Shown: positions 1-10,060 of the stretch, piece by piece
Layout of the letters: each line of letters starts with the position of its first letter
How positions within the stretch are numbered: position 1 is the first letter of the stretch
Source of the DNA: Eremomyces bilateralis CBS 781.70
Taxonomy: Eukaryota
Direction: 5' to 3' (one strand)
NCBI GenBank assembly: GCA_010015585.1
Contig: ML975159.1
DNA length: 64,000 bases
Notes under the pieces: model-generated
Told to the model about the DNA's origin: nothing
What the model saw: the letters and a program-made list of their open reading frames with translations, nothing else
The model's database searches: none
Program-made: the position numbers and the translations under genes

Positions 1-1
1 A

Positions 2-238
2 GGCCATCAGGAGATTGCCGCCCTGCTCTTAGACAAGGGAGCAGATATTAATGCCCAGGGCGGCGAGTACGGCGACGCTCTCTATGCCGCTTCATCTGGA
101 GGCCATCAGGAGATTGTCACACTGCTCCAAAGAATTGGCTCTATTACATCTTCAAAGCGGCCCGGCTCTATGGCTCCAAGCATCGCGGCGAAGAAATTAT
201 GTGTCATGCACCCTGAGCCTTCTGATCAAACTCAATAA
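2..238 (+). CDS. 3' end of an ankyrin-repeat protein (fungal NLR-type repeats); 5' part lies outside the window
   Basis: Frame 2 reads GHQEIAALLLDKGADINAQGGEYGDALYAASSGGHQEIVTLLQ...TQ* (TAA 236-238). GADINAQGGxYGxALxAAS is the ankyrin unit typical of fungal NACHT-ankyrin proteins. Not in the ORF track. Confidence 0.85.
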   Translation, partial: GHQEIAALLLDKGADINAQGGEYGDALYAASSGGHQEIVTLLQRIGSITSSKRPGSMAPSIAAKKLCVMHPEPSDQTQ

Positions 239-535
239 TCGTTGAGCTCTACTACGGTGTCCACTTTTTGCCCAGCTTTAAACCTCGTCACTCTTCCCAC
301 TTCGCAGATTCTAGGCGTGGCTAGTTAAAGCCATGACAACCTGGGCTGCGGTTTCTATTATGGTATTTCAATATCCTTATAGGGTCTGGGGAGAGCGATT
401 ATTCTATATATCTCTGTTTTGCCACTGACAGTATACTTGGAATAGTGTATATCGATGGGAGGGTGGTTATTATGGGCATCTAGTCGGGAAATGGAGGTGC
501 ATGGAAATAGATTTGTCACCGTGGATCATTCGACC

Positions 536-727
536 TATTACGGCACTGTAGCTGGATGCACACAACATACACGTAGCCAAAGATATTCTAGATCAAGCTA
601 AAGAAGAGAACAAGAAGGGGAAGTCTTCTTGTTTACATCGAAGAAGGTTGGACTCTGAATCAACCCTTCACCTACCTAGTGAGGCTTGGGCTCAGCCCTA
701 GCCAACCAGGAGTTTCAACCTATAACA
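536..727. mobile_element. Solo LTR (192 bp), termini decayed in a RIP-like way
   Basis: Identical 5-bp flanks CGACC at 531-535 and 728-732. Termini TATTACGG...CCTATAACA are consistent with TGTTAC...GTAACA after G>A transitions. Confidence 0.65.
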
Positions 728-1559
728 CGACCTACGACTTACAGCGTTATATTTTTTCTAAATATTGATTGAGTTGGGGTTTGGGGGGCAGGTTTCTTAA
801 GTACGAAATGGAATCGGTGATAGATAACTCTGGATGGTTCTAGAAGAGTTGTCTCATTCTCCACCACACAGGAGTGGGGGGTTGTCTTACGCCTACACGC
901 TAGATTGAATCACACTTTCCAACTTAGCTCGCTCTTTGCTTTTAGGACTCAATCATTCTGAGGCTAAGAGCGGTTCTGCACCCAGGAGAATCCGGTGTGC
1001 TCCAGAAGTAGTTAGGCTTCACCAGCCACAGATCCCAGACTTGGCAATGGAACTAGTAATAACTTGATGCAGGCCAAGGCATGAGCTCTAGGAGCCTCAG
1101 GCTACAAACTGCATTAATACATGAACGATCTCGATTCAGGCCAAAAATCAATGACAGAATCCTCAGGCTATTTGGTCGAGGACCATACCAATTAGGTATA
1201 GCGCGGTTCGTTGCCTCAGGCACGACCATAATGGCCTGAGCTTGCTGAGGTAAAAGGCGACGCGAAGGCAGCATTGCTAGATTCAGGTGGAAAGTGATGT
1301 ACTGATAGATTTCGTATTAAAAACATAATAACGTACTCCACAAGAGAGTGGTCAATACAATCGAGCTGTCAAACCTAACCACGAAACTCCCGTGAGCCAG
1401 GACATGGAGTTGAAAAAACATGTCCTCTAAGTCGTCCAGTTACTACAGATTAGTGTTTTTCTATCGGAATTTCATATAATTAGGGCGTTGTAGAGATATC
1501 TGTAATTGAAGTGGTTTGGTTTGGCTGGGGCTGACTGCTCGCTTGTGGAGTACGATATA

Positions 1560-2084
1560 CAGTAGAATCCCGATATAACGATAGGATACCAGCCACCCTT
1601 TTTCTATCGTTATATCGAAATATCGTTCAAACGATGATTACAGCAGCCAACTATCTAATCTACTTTGGGTATAGCTTGATGTGAGGTCGAGCTGAAGCTG
1701 ACGCTCCAATCGATTGAGACATCGAATATCACCTTATGTTGAAGTCTCGCTATGTTTTTGATAGTATTGTAGAGCCCGTAAAGCCTTGCGAGCCTTTTGC
1801 TTTGATGGAATTGGAGATAATGGTATCTCCTCCTCCTCCTCCTCCTCCTCCTCCCCCTCTGTCCTAATAGCCTGCGTGATAATAGCTTGCAGCGAAACCT
1901 CCTCTGCAAGTCAGAGATACCCTTACGAGGCATCGTGTATAACGATATTGGTGGGGAAAGGTTAACGATTAATCGAATATCGGGATCAGGGGAAATTTGT
2001 ATGAGGAAAAATCGGAATGGCATATTTGTATCGCTATATCGGGATTATCGCTATTCCGGGAATCGCCATAACGAGATTCTACTG
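1560..2084. mobile_element. Tc1/mariner-pogo (Tigger-like) MITE, 525 bp
   Basis: TA at 1558-1559 and 2085-2086. Imperfect TIRs: left CAGTAGAATCCCGATATAACGAT, right (reverse complement) CAGTAGAATCTCGTTATGGCGAT. Subterminal copies of the CCCGATATA(A/G)CGAT motif and an internal (CTC)n tract near 1826-1853. Confidence 0.85.
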
Positions 2085-2221
2085 TATATCTAACTTATAG
2101 TTACAATTAATAGAATGCTAAAAAATCTTGTTGATTAAATTCGTTTGTTTCCCTTGGGAGACTTGGAGGTTTAGACCTCAGTTTTGGGATCTGTTTAGTT
2201 TTTTTTTTGGCATAGAGCGTG

Positions 2222-3297
2222 TTAAGCTTTCTTAGCTCGGTGAAATAACTCCACTTGAGCACCAAGGCGGCCAAATAGCTCAGACTCCATTCTCGCCGCT
2301 GCCCTTGGACCGTGGAGTATATCACCAACAATATCAGAACCAGGCGGGAAGTCATGCTCAAAGATCGGCTCTCCAGCACCCCTCATATTGGCTAAAACTG
2401 CCTGCCTAAAGTGCCAGCGTAAAACAGAATCAAGAGGTGCATCAGGACGAGCAAAATACCCTGGATCAAGGTGATGGCTACCAATGCCTCGCGCGTTAGG
2501 CCTGAAGGCCATGACCTTGTAATTGTCCTGCGATAACACTTTAGCCACAATTTCCATAAATAGGTATTAAACGTACGTCTGGGTTGATTGAAATGAAGTA
2601 GTTATCAAAAAGCTGGTGCATGACGGAATCAAGCAAGATTCCATTCTGAACCGAGTTGATAGTGCCTCCACGAGGCGGCTCAATCGAAACCCATCGACCG
2701 TAATCATTGTTAATCCAATGACTTTCGTAGGCTAATGGGAAAATATGCGAGGCTTCGAAGCCGTCCCAGATATCAATTCCGCCAAGTGTGATGATGTTTA
2801 GCCCGGATATAACGCATTTACGATCTCGCGAACGGACGGACTCGCAGAAACTCGCGACACGAGTTCCGGTAGCATGAGAAATCGTTCGGACGAGGAATGC
2901 TTCATCGGTCACATTAAACGACCCTGCCCACATGTTAGCACTACAACTATACGTCAAGAGATGACTACAACAACTAACCAGCCGAAACAATAAAGTATTT
3001 CCCAGGTTGAAGAGGACCGTCATCTTTTTCGACTTTTGTTCCTCCCTCATATTGTAGACTAAAGGTGTTTGTGAATATGACAAGAATCTCCACCATTAAG
3101 TAGAGGTTGGCATTTGTAACTCCGGGAGTAAGAACCAGGCCACCAAGTGCGACATTAGTGTTGTTGGCGTCATGAATATGGACATCGCGTCCAACTGAAC
3201 GGTCGAGTCGAGGCATAGAACTTTGTGACGAAATCGGAGGGCCAGAGTTGGCAGAGCGAGAGCCTAGCGACCTGGGAGACGACGACGACGGCGACAT
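2222..3297 (-). CDS. HNH endonuclease (HNH_2-type) protein with a small N-terminal domain, paralog A; 3 exons
   Basis: Exons 3297 (or 3216)-2979, 2923-2577 and 2527-2222, joined by GT..AG introns in phase. Motifs RDRKCVISG, FEASHIFP, SVQNGILL, MHQLFD, SINPD and LRWHFRQAVLANMRGAGEP. Confidence 0.85.
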
Positions 3298-3495
3298 GAT
3301 GGACATTTGGGGTGTGAAGTTTACGTGAGGGTACGAGATAGTAGGCGCAGGCTTGCAGCGAGCAGAGATGGAGGATGGAAATGTAGGTGCGATCGAGCAA
3401 TGACGTTGCAGGTACAAGAACCGAGAATCTGCCGGTTCAACTTCTGTGGTAACTTTTACTAATTACTAGGCGTTTTGGTGAAGAAGAATCGCACT

Positions 3496-3512
3496 CACGT
3501 GACGCACGTGAC
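3496..3512. promoter_or_regulatory. Tandem E-boxes (two CACGTG) in the spacer between the HNH pair
   Basis: TCACGTGACGCACGTGAC, with CACGTG at 3496-3501 and 3505-3510; a bHLH-type site. Confidence 0.35.
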
Positions 3513-3533
3513 CAACATACTTCTGGAATGCTT

Positions 3534-3630
3534 GAGTATTGCGCGTGCCAAGAAGGATCCTGATCTGGCTCCTTCACAAAATCAAAGACTGCAGATTTCT
3601 GCGGTCCTTGATGCTAGATCGACCCGAATA
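3534..3630. repeat. Dispersed relic repeat, copy 1
   Basis: CTGGCTCCTT..AAAATCAAAGACTGCAGATTTCTGCGGTCCTTGATGCTAGATCGACCCGAATA aligns by eye with 8936-9077. Confidence 0.7.
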
Positions 3631-4157
3631 AAGGCAGATGAGATCAACCTAGGCGAACATACCCAGCAAGTTCTCCTGTGGGTTAAACCCCCTTACCAAC
3701 CCAGCTCCATTCCCTTTGCGCAATATTACGATTTGCCGCCAGACAAGAGTAGAAGAATAATAAAAGCATATCAGTTTCTCGGGGCATTCCTTATATATAA
3801 GAGGCAAGAACTTGTGGCCGGGTTAAACTGGCCGTCGTCCTAAACAGGCCTTTCACCTAAATGGGCTCCTCATCCCATGCTGACCGAGCCCAATCACAGA
3901 TCACTTTGGTTGAGTAGTCTGCACCTAACCTCTTCTGGTTTAGTCACCGGTCCCTACCAAGATCCTAGGTATTGGCTAGCCTTAATTGGTTAGCGCAGCT
4001 TCGCTGATCACGACCAACATCTATCCTCCGAACCATCATACTTTCCATCAGCTCAGAAACATCTTGTAAGTACTTGCTAAACTGCAAGCCTGCACCTGAC
4101 GCCTACTGTCTACCCTCTACTCGTCCTTATGCATCCTCTGCAACTCAATATTCCACC

Positions 4158-5217
4158 ATGTCGTCCTCGCCGTCCCCGAAAACGTCAGCTTCTCCCTCCG
4201 CCCTCAATCTTCTGAATCAGCAGCAAAGATGCACTATGCATCCAATCAATCGCTCAGCTGGGCGAACTGTCCATATCTACAATACCAATGACCCTGATAC
4301 CGTGCTCGGTGGTCTGGTACTCACTCCTGGCGTTACAAACTCCAACTTCTACGCTATGGTGAAGATTCTGTTCATATTTTCAGGCCCGTTCTACCTACGA
4401 GTGGAGAACGGAGCAAGGATTGAGAAGGATGATAACCCGCTTCGTCCTGGAAGGTATCATATTATTTCCGACGGTCAGTTTGGCAACACTTCATTTCTTG
4501 ATGAAGTAACATAGTTAATTTGTTAGCAGCTTCTTTTGATGTCAATAACGAGCCATGGCTCGTCCGAACGATCAGCTGTGCTTCTGGATCTCGTGCCGCC
4601 GCCTTTACCGAAGCCGTTCGTTCTCGAGATCGTCGATGTATTATTTCTGGGGCCAATGTGTATACATTTGATGGCGTTGATTTCTGGAACGGCTTTGAAG
4701 CGGCGCATGTTTTTCCGCTAGCCTATGAAGGCTACTGGGTCGAGCGCGGCTACGGCAGGTGGATTACAATGCAACCAACAATAGGAGGATCTATCAACTC
4801 AGTGCAAAACGGAATGTTGCTTGCTTCTGATATACACCAACTCTTTGATGCTTATGACTTCTCGATCAACCCAGATGTATGTTTCTCTCATCTAATATTA
4901 GAGATTCTGGCTAATTTCTATCTTAGGACAACTATAAAGTTGTGGTCTTCAGACCTAACTCAAGAGTTGTTGGTGACCAACATCTCGATCCAACGTATTT
5001 TTCTCGCCCAGATGCACCCGTCGATTCACTTCTACGATGGCACTACAGACAGGCCGTCTTGGCCAACATGAGGGGTGCTGGGGAGCCGGTCTTTGAACAT
5101 GACTTTCCACCTGGCTCAGACATTGTTGGCGTCATACTCCATGGCCCGAAAGCTGCTGAAAGGATGGAATTCGAACTGTTTAGCCGCTTCGGTGCTCAAA
5201 TGGAGTTGTTCTCGTAG
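4158..5217 (+). CDS. HNH endonuclease (HNH_2-type) protein, paralog B; 3 exons
   Basis: CCACCATG start at 4158 (alternative 4236). Exons 4158-4473, 4530 (or 4527, a NAGNAG acceptor)-4876 and 4927-5217. Motifs RDRRCIISG, FEAAHVFP, SVQNGMLL and IHQLFD. Intron positions match paralog A. Confidence 0.85.
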
Positions 5218-6023
5218 TCAAGCAAACATGAGTGTTTGTTCTAAGATAGAGAGAATCGAAAGTCTCAAACATGTCCACATCCCCAGGACGTCAACCCTTC
5301 CTGCGCCTCACCATCTAACCCGCTCCAACCTTCCGAGTCCGTAGCAAAGTTCTATCATGGTACGCACAGCCGCTTATTCGACTGGCTTGGCCATATCTTC
5401 GATGTCAACGACCCTGATACCGGGTATGGTGGTCTAATCTTCACTCCGGGCTCTATAAATCCCAATTTCTTCTTAAAGGGAGAAGATTTCATATATCTCT
5501 TCAAGGTTCTTCTATATAAATGATGATAGAATGGGGTTGTGCAATAGCGGCGGCCCGCTGGCTAGTCGCACGTGGCCTACTGCTACAGTTCCAGTTCGCT
5601 AGCAAGATCGAAGAAGAGGGCCGTTCAGGATTCGCGCCGTTCCAAGGGATTAGGGAAGAATAGGAGGAGAATGAGAGGAATGGGGTATGGCTGTGTAACG
5701 GAGGCGGTTCGCAAGATATCCGCGAGAGCGGAAGCAGTGGTTCCCAGCAGTGAACAACAATTGAAGATAAAAATAGGTCTGTGGTGCATAAAGGCAACCT
5801 TTCTGTCACCGCCACAGGCCTGGAACCATAACAGGTATAGTTTCTTAATAAGACACGTTTCGATCCAACACCTAGTGTCCTCACAAGTCACAACCATCCT
5901 GCCGCGCTATGTTGAATCTTGCCGCGCTTCACACTTCCATACTCCACGACCGCTATATTTGTGTGAGCTTCGTATATACGCCTAGGTCGCTTAGCATCCA
6001 CGACTGCTTACTTTTTCAGATGC

Positions 6024-6215
6024 TCAATCGGTGTGATCTGCCGAGGATTAGTATAGATACACAGAAGGCTATAATTAAACCGCACCTTTATACTTATGGT
6101 CACAGTTTTCACAAGCCTTCCCACTTTCACCTATATGAGCCTGGCAGGTGCAGCCTTGGATGAAGCATTGTCCTCCACCAAAATTGACCAGCTGGGGTCG
6201 GTCTCCTGACGCCAT
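6024..6215 (-). CDS. Putative 47-aa Cys/His-rich microprotein, or the 5' part of a pseudogene
   Basis: Exon 6215-6086, then a 48-nt intron (GTGCGG..CTAAT..CAG), then exon 6037-6024. Translation: MASGDRPQLVNFGGGQCFIQGCTCQAHIGESGKACENCDHKYKDHTD*. A TATA-like run lies near 6330. Confidence 0.5.
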
Positions 6216-6378
6216 ATGAATCTCGTATGTTGTGTGTTGAAGGGGTATATTCTAAGAGTAATGCTTAGACAAGAGTACGGTAATAGAGTAGAGGCGTACA
6301 GAATGTAAAGGATAGTACTCATAGCAGTATATATACATTAGAAAGTTAACCGTCGTTTTCCGAAACGCGCGTAGATAT

Positions 6379-7234
6379 AATAATAAGAATCAATTTAACG
6401 TACTATCTGGATCCCTTTCGGGTCTATGAGCACGGCATTCTATCTGGTCTGACGCGGGCAAAAGTTTCCCCGTAGTCCTGAGGCTGCGGGTACATAAAAC
6501 CCCGCCTCCTCCCTTTAGTAGACTATCTCAAACGTTTATCATCTATCCGTACGAGTCGGTGTTTCCGCCTACGCGGAGAGCTTATTCTGGCACGTCGTGG
6601 AGGAGCTGGAACGGTTTCCAGTCCTCTATTACCTCCTCCTCAACTTCCTTGGCCACCCGGTATTGCTCTAGGCCTCCCGCATCGATCAGCCACCTTGCTG
6701 CGTGGCGCACCTTGTCCCTGTCATGCAATATCCTCTTAAAGTCCGTTGTTCCAGCTCGTTGGAGGAGCGCGATCCTCTGGTCGGTCCGCTGCGGGCAAAA
6801 TGCAAGGAGATGGTAGAGAGACTGTCGGGGGGCACCGCACTCACACGCTGGGTGGATTCCAGGGACACCAATTTTTGCGAGCCATCCTTTAACCCCAACT
6901 ACCTCAGTCCGTAGTGCCATGAGCGCCGAGGCCTCGTGTTTCTGAAGGCCGTCGTACCGGTTAAGGCACTGGGTTTCCCACGGGTCCTTCCATGTCCTTG
7001 CTCTCCTTCCTGGTCTGGCCGCTTCGGCTTGCCATCTCTCCCTCCATTTCGCTCGATACTCGTCCTGGATCAACCGGTGCGGGCCTTTTCGCTGTTGTGT
7101 CTGCTATCCCCTAACTGGTTCGGGCCGGGAATTAGTTGATTATAATTGAATGAAGTGGGAAGAATCGATTACGATCATAATCTCAGCTAATTTCCAAGTT
7201 GTGGGCTGTTTTGCAGAAAAATGTTCAGCCGTTC
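6379..7234 (-). mobile_element. 5'-truncated Tad-like LINE (C-terminus of ORF2, 3' UTR and short-repeat tail)
   Basis: ORF 7073-6582 has the CECG..HLLAFCP zinc knuckle and the W-rich RERWQ segment typical of fungal Tad ORF2. Minus-strand tail ...TTCTTATTATT ends near 6379. Flanked by the direct repeat CGCGCGTAGATAT at 6366-6378 and 7235-7247. Confidence 0.85.
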
Positions 7235-7247
7235 CGCGCGTAGATAT

Positions 7248-8008
7248 TGTGTCGCATAATAAGAACGTAGCTAATCAGCGATATCGACGCCGCCCATGAA
7301 ATGGTTATAGTCGTCAATAAAGATAGGAATAGGAAGCTCTTTTCGTACGTCGTTTCCAAAGACCTTACGCACAAGGGGTCCATTGGTAGACGTAATCGCA
7401 GGGCGTCGTCGGTCTCGTATAATTGTCTGTTCTTCACCGGCCCTGTGGACTGTGGAGCAGGCTAAAACAGTATTGTTATCTTGCCACGCAAAGCAGAGAA
7501 TGCCTGGGTCAAGTAGATCCTCCTCTTCCTCCTCCTCCTGCTGCTGCTGTGTACTTTGAGACGGCTTACACGACGTCTCCCTTTTAATCTTCTTCCGCGC
7601 GACAATAGCAGCAGTTGTGCTCCATTGTAGATGCTTTGAGCAATGCTCTATTAGCTCGACTAGGAGTTGAGGAAGCTCAGGGTGCCTTCGCGTCGTACCA
7701 CAGGCTCCAATTCCAACCTCACGCAGCCTGCGAAGAATAGGTATCCCAGTAAAGAGACTGTCCATGTAGATAATATGAGGAACACCCTCTGGGAGCGACT
7801 TGGCGAGCCGTAGTACTAGTGACTCGGTCATAGTAAGATCTTTCTGCTTAACTATTTCACCGTAGCTCTCTGTTTTCGACGACCAGGTGAAAAAGTAGGT
7901 ATATCCAGCCTCGCAGAGCGCGAAGATCTTATAGCCTTCTTTAATTGGCTTGTATGGGGCCTTGAATGTATGCTTACTTCGGCCAAAGAACCTAACCATC
8001 ATCTCGTC
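7248..8008 (-). pseudogene. piggyBac-family transposase relic
   Basis: Motifs DEMMVRFFGRS..KPIKEGYKIFALC..YMDSLFT..GACGTTR..WQDNN..DYNHFMGGVDIAD*LRSYY. TAG sits where Q (CAG) is expected and the 5' end is missing. A possible terminus TTAA|CCGTCG lies at 6346-6355. Confidence 0.9.
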
Positions 8009-8433
8009 GAAGGGATACGGTAGGGGAGCGCCGTCACGGCGGTTTTTCGACGCCCAAGTGAAATGACGGCTGCCGCTGCGTTTCAGCCTTTCATCGCTCT
8101 TTCTTTCCCTTACTTTGATGAATGAAAGAACACGTACCTCTTGCCTAATATCAAAAAGCTAGGATGCAGAGAACGAGCGAGTTCCACGGCGCGATCGATG
8201 GCCACATTGTCATTCCAGCTCCGCATAGCAGGCCAGGCGGGAGGACGAACTTCAACTTCGGTTATCCGCCAAGATAAGGTGGATACGCTCCCTAGTTAGG
8301 AGTTTTAGCTAACTAAATAGTCCCTCCGATTCATCGTTATGGCAGGGATAGATGTAGATCCCCACATGGCTCTTGAAGATACGAAGCGTAAACCATTATC
8401 TTTCAGGGAACAAATATCTCTGGGTCGACAATC

Positions 8434-8661
8434 TTATATGCTACAAGTATCAATCCAAACCCAATCGTATCCATCTCCTACTGCTTGGTCACAAGCCCCT
8501 CTCAATTTGGCGAAACCTTCTCGTGTATAGGCAAGCCCGGTCTTGAAATCATCCAAGGTTACCTCCTGGCCTCTCGATGTATGGAAAAGAATGGCGTATT
8601 CGGGGATATCTTGTCCATTAAATTCCTGCAAAGTGAGTTTTCGGGTGTGAAGAAGTCGCAT
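8434..8661 (-). pseudogene. Truncated HET-domain gene 1
   Basis: MRLLHT..LQEF.G..IPEYAILFHT..EV..G..KL..AC.QA..DGYDWVWIDTCSI* matches the N-terminal half of the fungal HET domain and stops before the expected DKxSSAEL. Confidence 0.8.
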
Positions 8662-8935
8662 TTTCTCTTTATCGGTTCGGTTCAGTTCATAGAGCTATAA
8701 ACAAAGGAAGGATCTCGGCCCAAAGGGACCAAGGCTCGCAGATGTTATCAAATCCAGAATGTAAGCAAGGCTAGCAAAGGCTTTGGAAATTGGACGGTGT
8801 GTCGAGGACCAAGTCTGGTGATGCTTGCGCAGTTTCGAAGCCGGGAATAGGCGGTCGTATCGATTCGAAAACATGCAAGGCGACGCAAGGGACAGCAATT
8901 CATTCGGTGGAAAACCGTATTAACTGATTGCTACA

Positions 8936-9077
8936 GAGTACTGCACCCCAAGAATATATTATTAAATACCGGCCAAAATATTTTCCGTGTTCCGGAGTCC
9001 TGGGCTGGCTGGCTCCTTGGGAAAAAATTAAAGACCGCAGGTTTTCGAGGTTCTTTGATGCTAGGTTGACCCGAATA
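8936..9077. repeat. Dispersed relic repeat, copy 2; abuts the HET gene 2 break point
   Basis: CTGGCTCCTT..AAAATTAAAGACCGCAGGTTTTCGAGGTTCTTTGATGCTAGGTTGACCCGAATA, homologous to 3534-3630 and ending at the same sequence. Confidence 0.7.
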
Positions 9078-9350
9078 GATGCAACAAGTGTCTATCCACG
9101 TCCACGTATATCCAAGCTCTTTGACACCCTCGCAGCATTTCTTGATCTTTTCCAAGCCTGGTTTTGTTTGAATTGCATCAATCTTCCTTTGTGACACGGG
9201 TTCTCCGTCTCGGAAGTCCGTGAGAGACACCATCTCCTAGTAACTCACTTCCTCCTTGTCCCGCCATATGTGCGATAGGGTGACGTAGTCTGGTATGCTG
9301 GACCCTTCGAATAGTTCGAAGTCGAGCATGTCGACATTTAGGAGACGCAT
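9078..9350 (-). pseudogene. Truncated HET-domain gene 2
   Basis: ATG at 9350: MRLLNVDMLDFELFEGSSIPDYVTLSHIWRDKEEVSY*EM...KIKKCCEGVKELGYTWTWIDTCCI. The internal TAG (9239-9237) falls at a consensus Q. Confidence 0.85.
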
Positions 9351-10060
9351 GCTGGACCCCGTCGAATCAAGATCGATGATTGGGTCTCACTCACACAAGG
9401 GCCCGAGGTTAATGATAACCATCCACAGCACGAATGCTGGAGTGTGGTTTCACGCTTGTGCACAGGCTATATACTGTAGGAATGGGGTTCGGAAGATGTG
9501 AATACCGTAATTCAGGTCAATTACCAACTACCTGCATGTATACCTGTGTGGTGCAAACTGGGAGAATTGTGGCGAGATCTGAAGGAGTTTGAGATGATTC
9601 GCTGAAAGAGAGGTAGGGGACAGCAGCCATACGCTGCGCCACCCTAACTAAGGTGGTGTTCTAAGTTAGTTAGTTAGTGGATGAACAGAATTACCTCGTT
9701 AACTTAAAATATCTCCCACTTCATCGAACCGTCATGGACTGACGGATAGATCGATGGCTCCTGGATTTAACAGTATGTACTCCGTATATATAAAACGAAT
9801 ATAGACAATAATAAAGAAGGGGGATGCTGATTAGTGAAAGTGCGGATCATTTTATACTGCTCCCAGCTGAGCAGGCCACAGGGGTTGCAGCCTCAGGCCG
9901 CGAGTTCAGGGTTCAACACGTGAAACGACCAGCTTCAATCTCCTACCAGAGCTTCCATGACGAAGCTCTCTTGCAACGCGTCCTTTATAAAAGAAGCCAC
10001 TCAAAACCACATCCTCCAGCTCCCCCGTGTATACCCTTCGGCTTCCACCGAGCTGTCACA

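Noticed and set aside
51..245. 64-aa ORF from the track
   Set aside because: Wrong frame; the ankyrin reading frame starts at position 2.
1655..2023. Arg-rich 122-aa ORF
   Set aside because: Lies inside the MITE; the poly-Arg comes from the (CTC)n microsatellite.
3475..3843. 122-aa ORF between the HNH genes as a possible antitoxin
   Set aside because: Non-ATG start, overlaps the relic repeat, and has no recognisable motif.
8029..8070. Palindrome and GAAATGACGG as the second piggyBac TIR
   Set aside because: Weak match to the 6350 end and no flanking TTAA.
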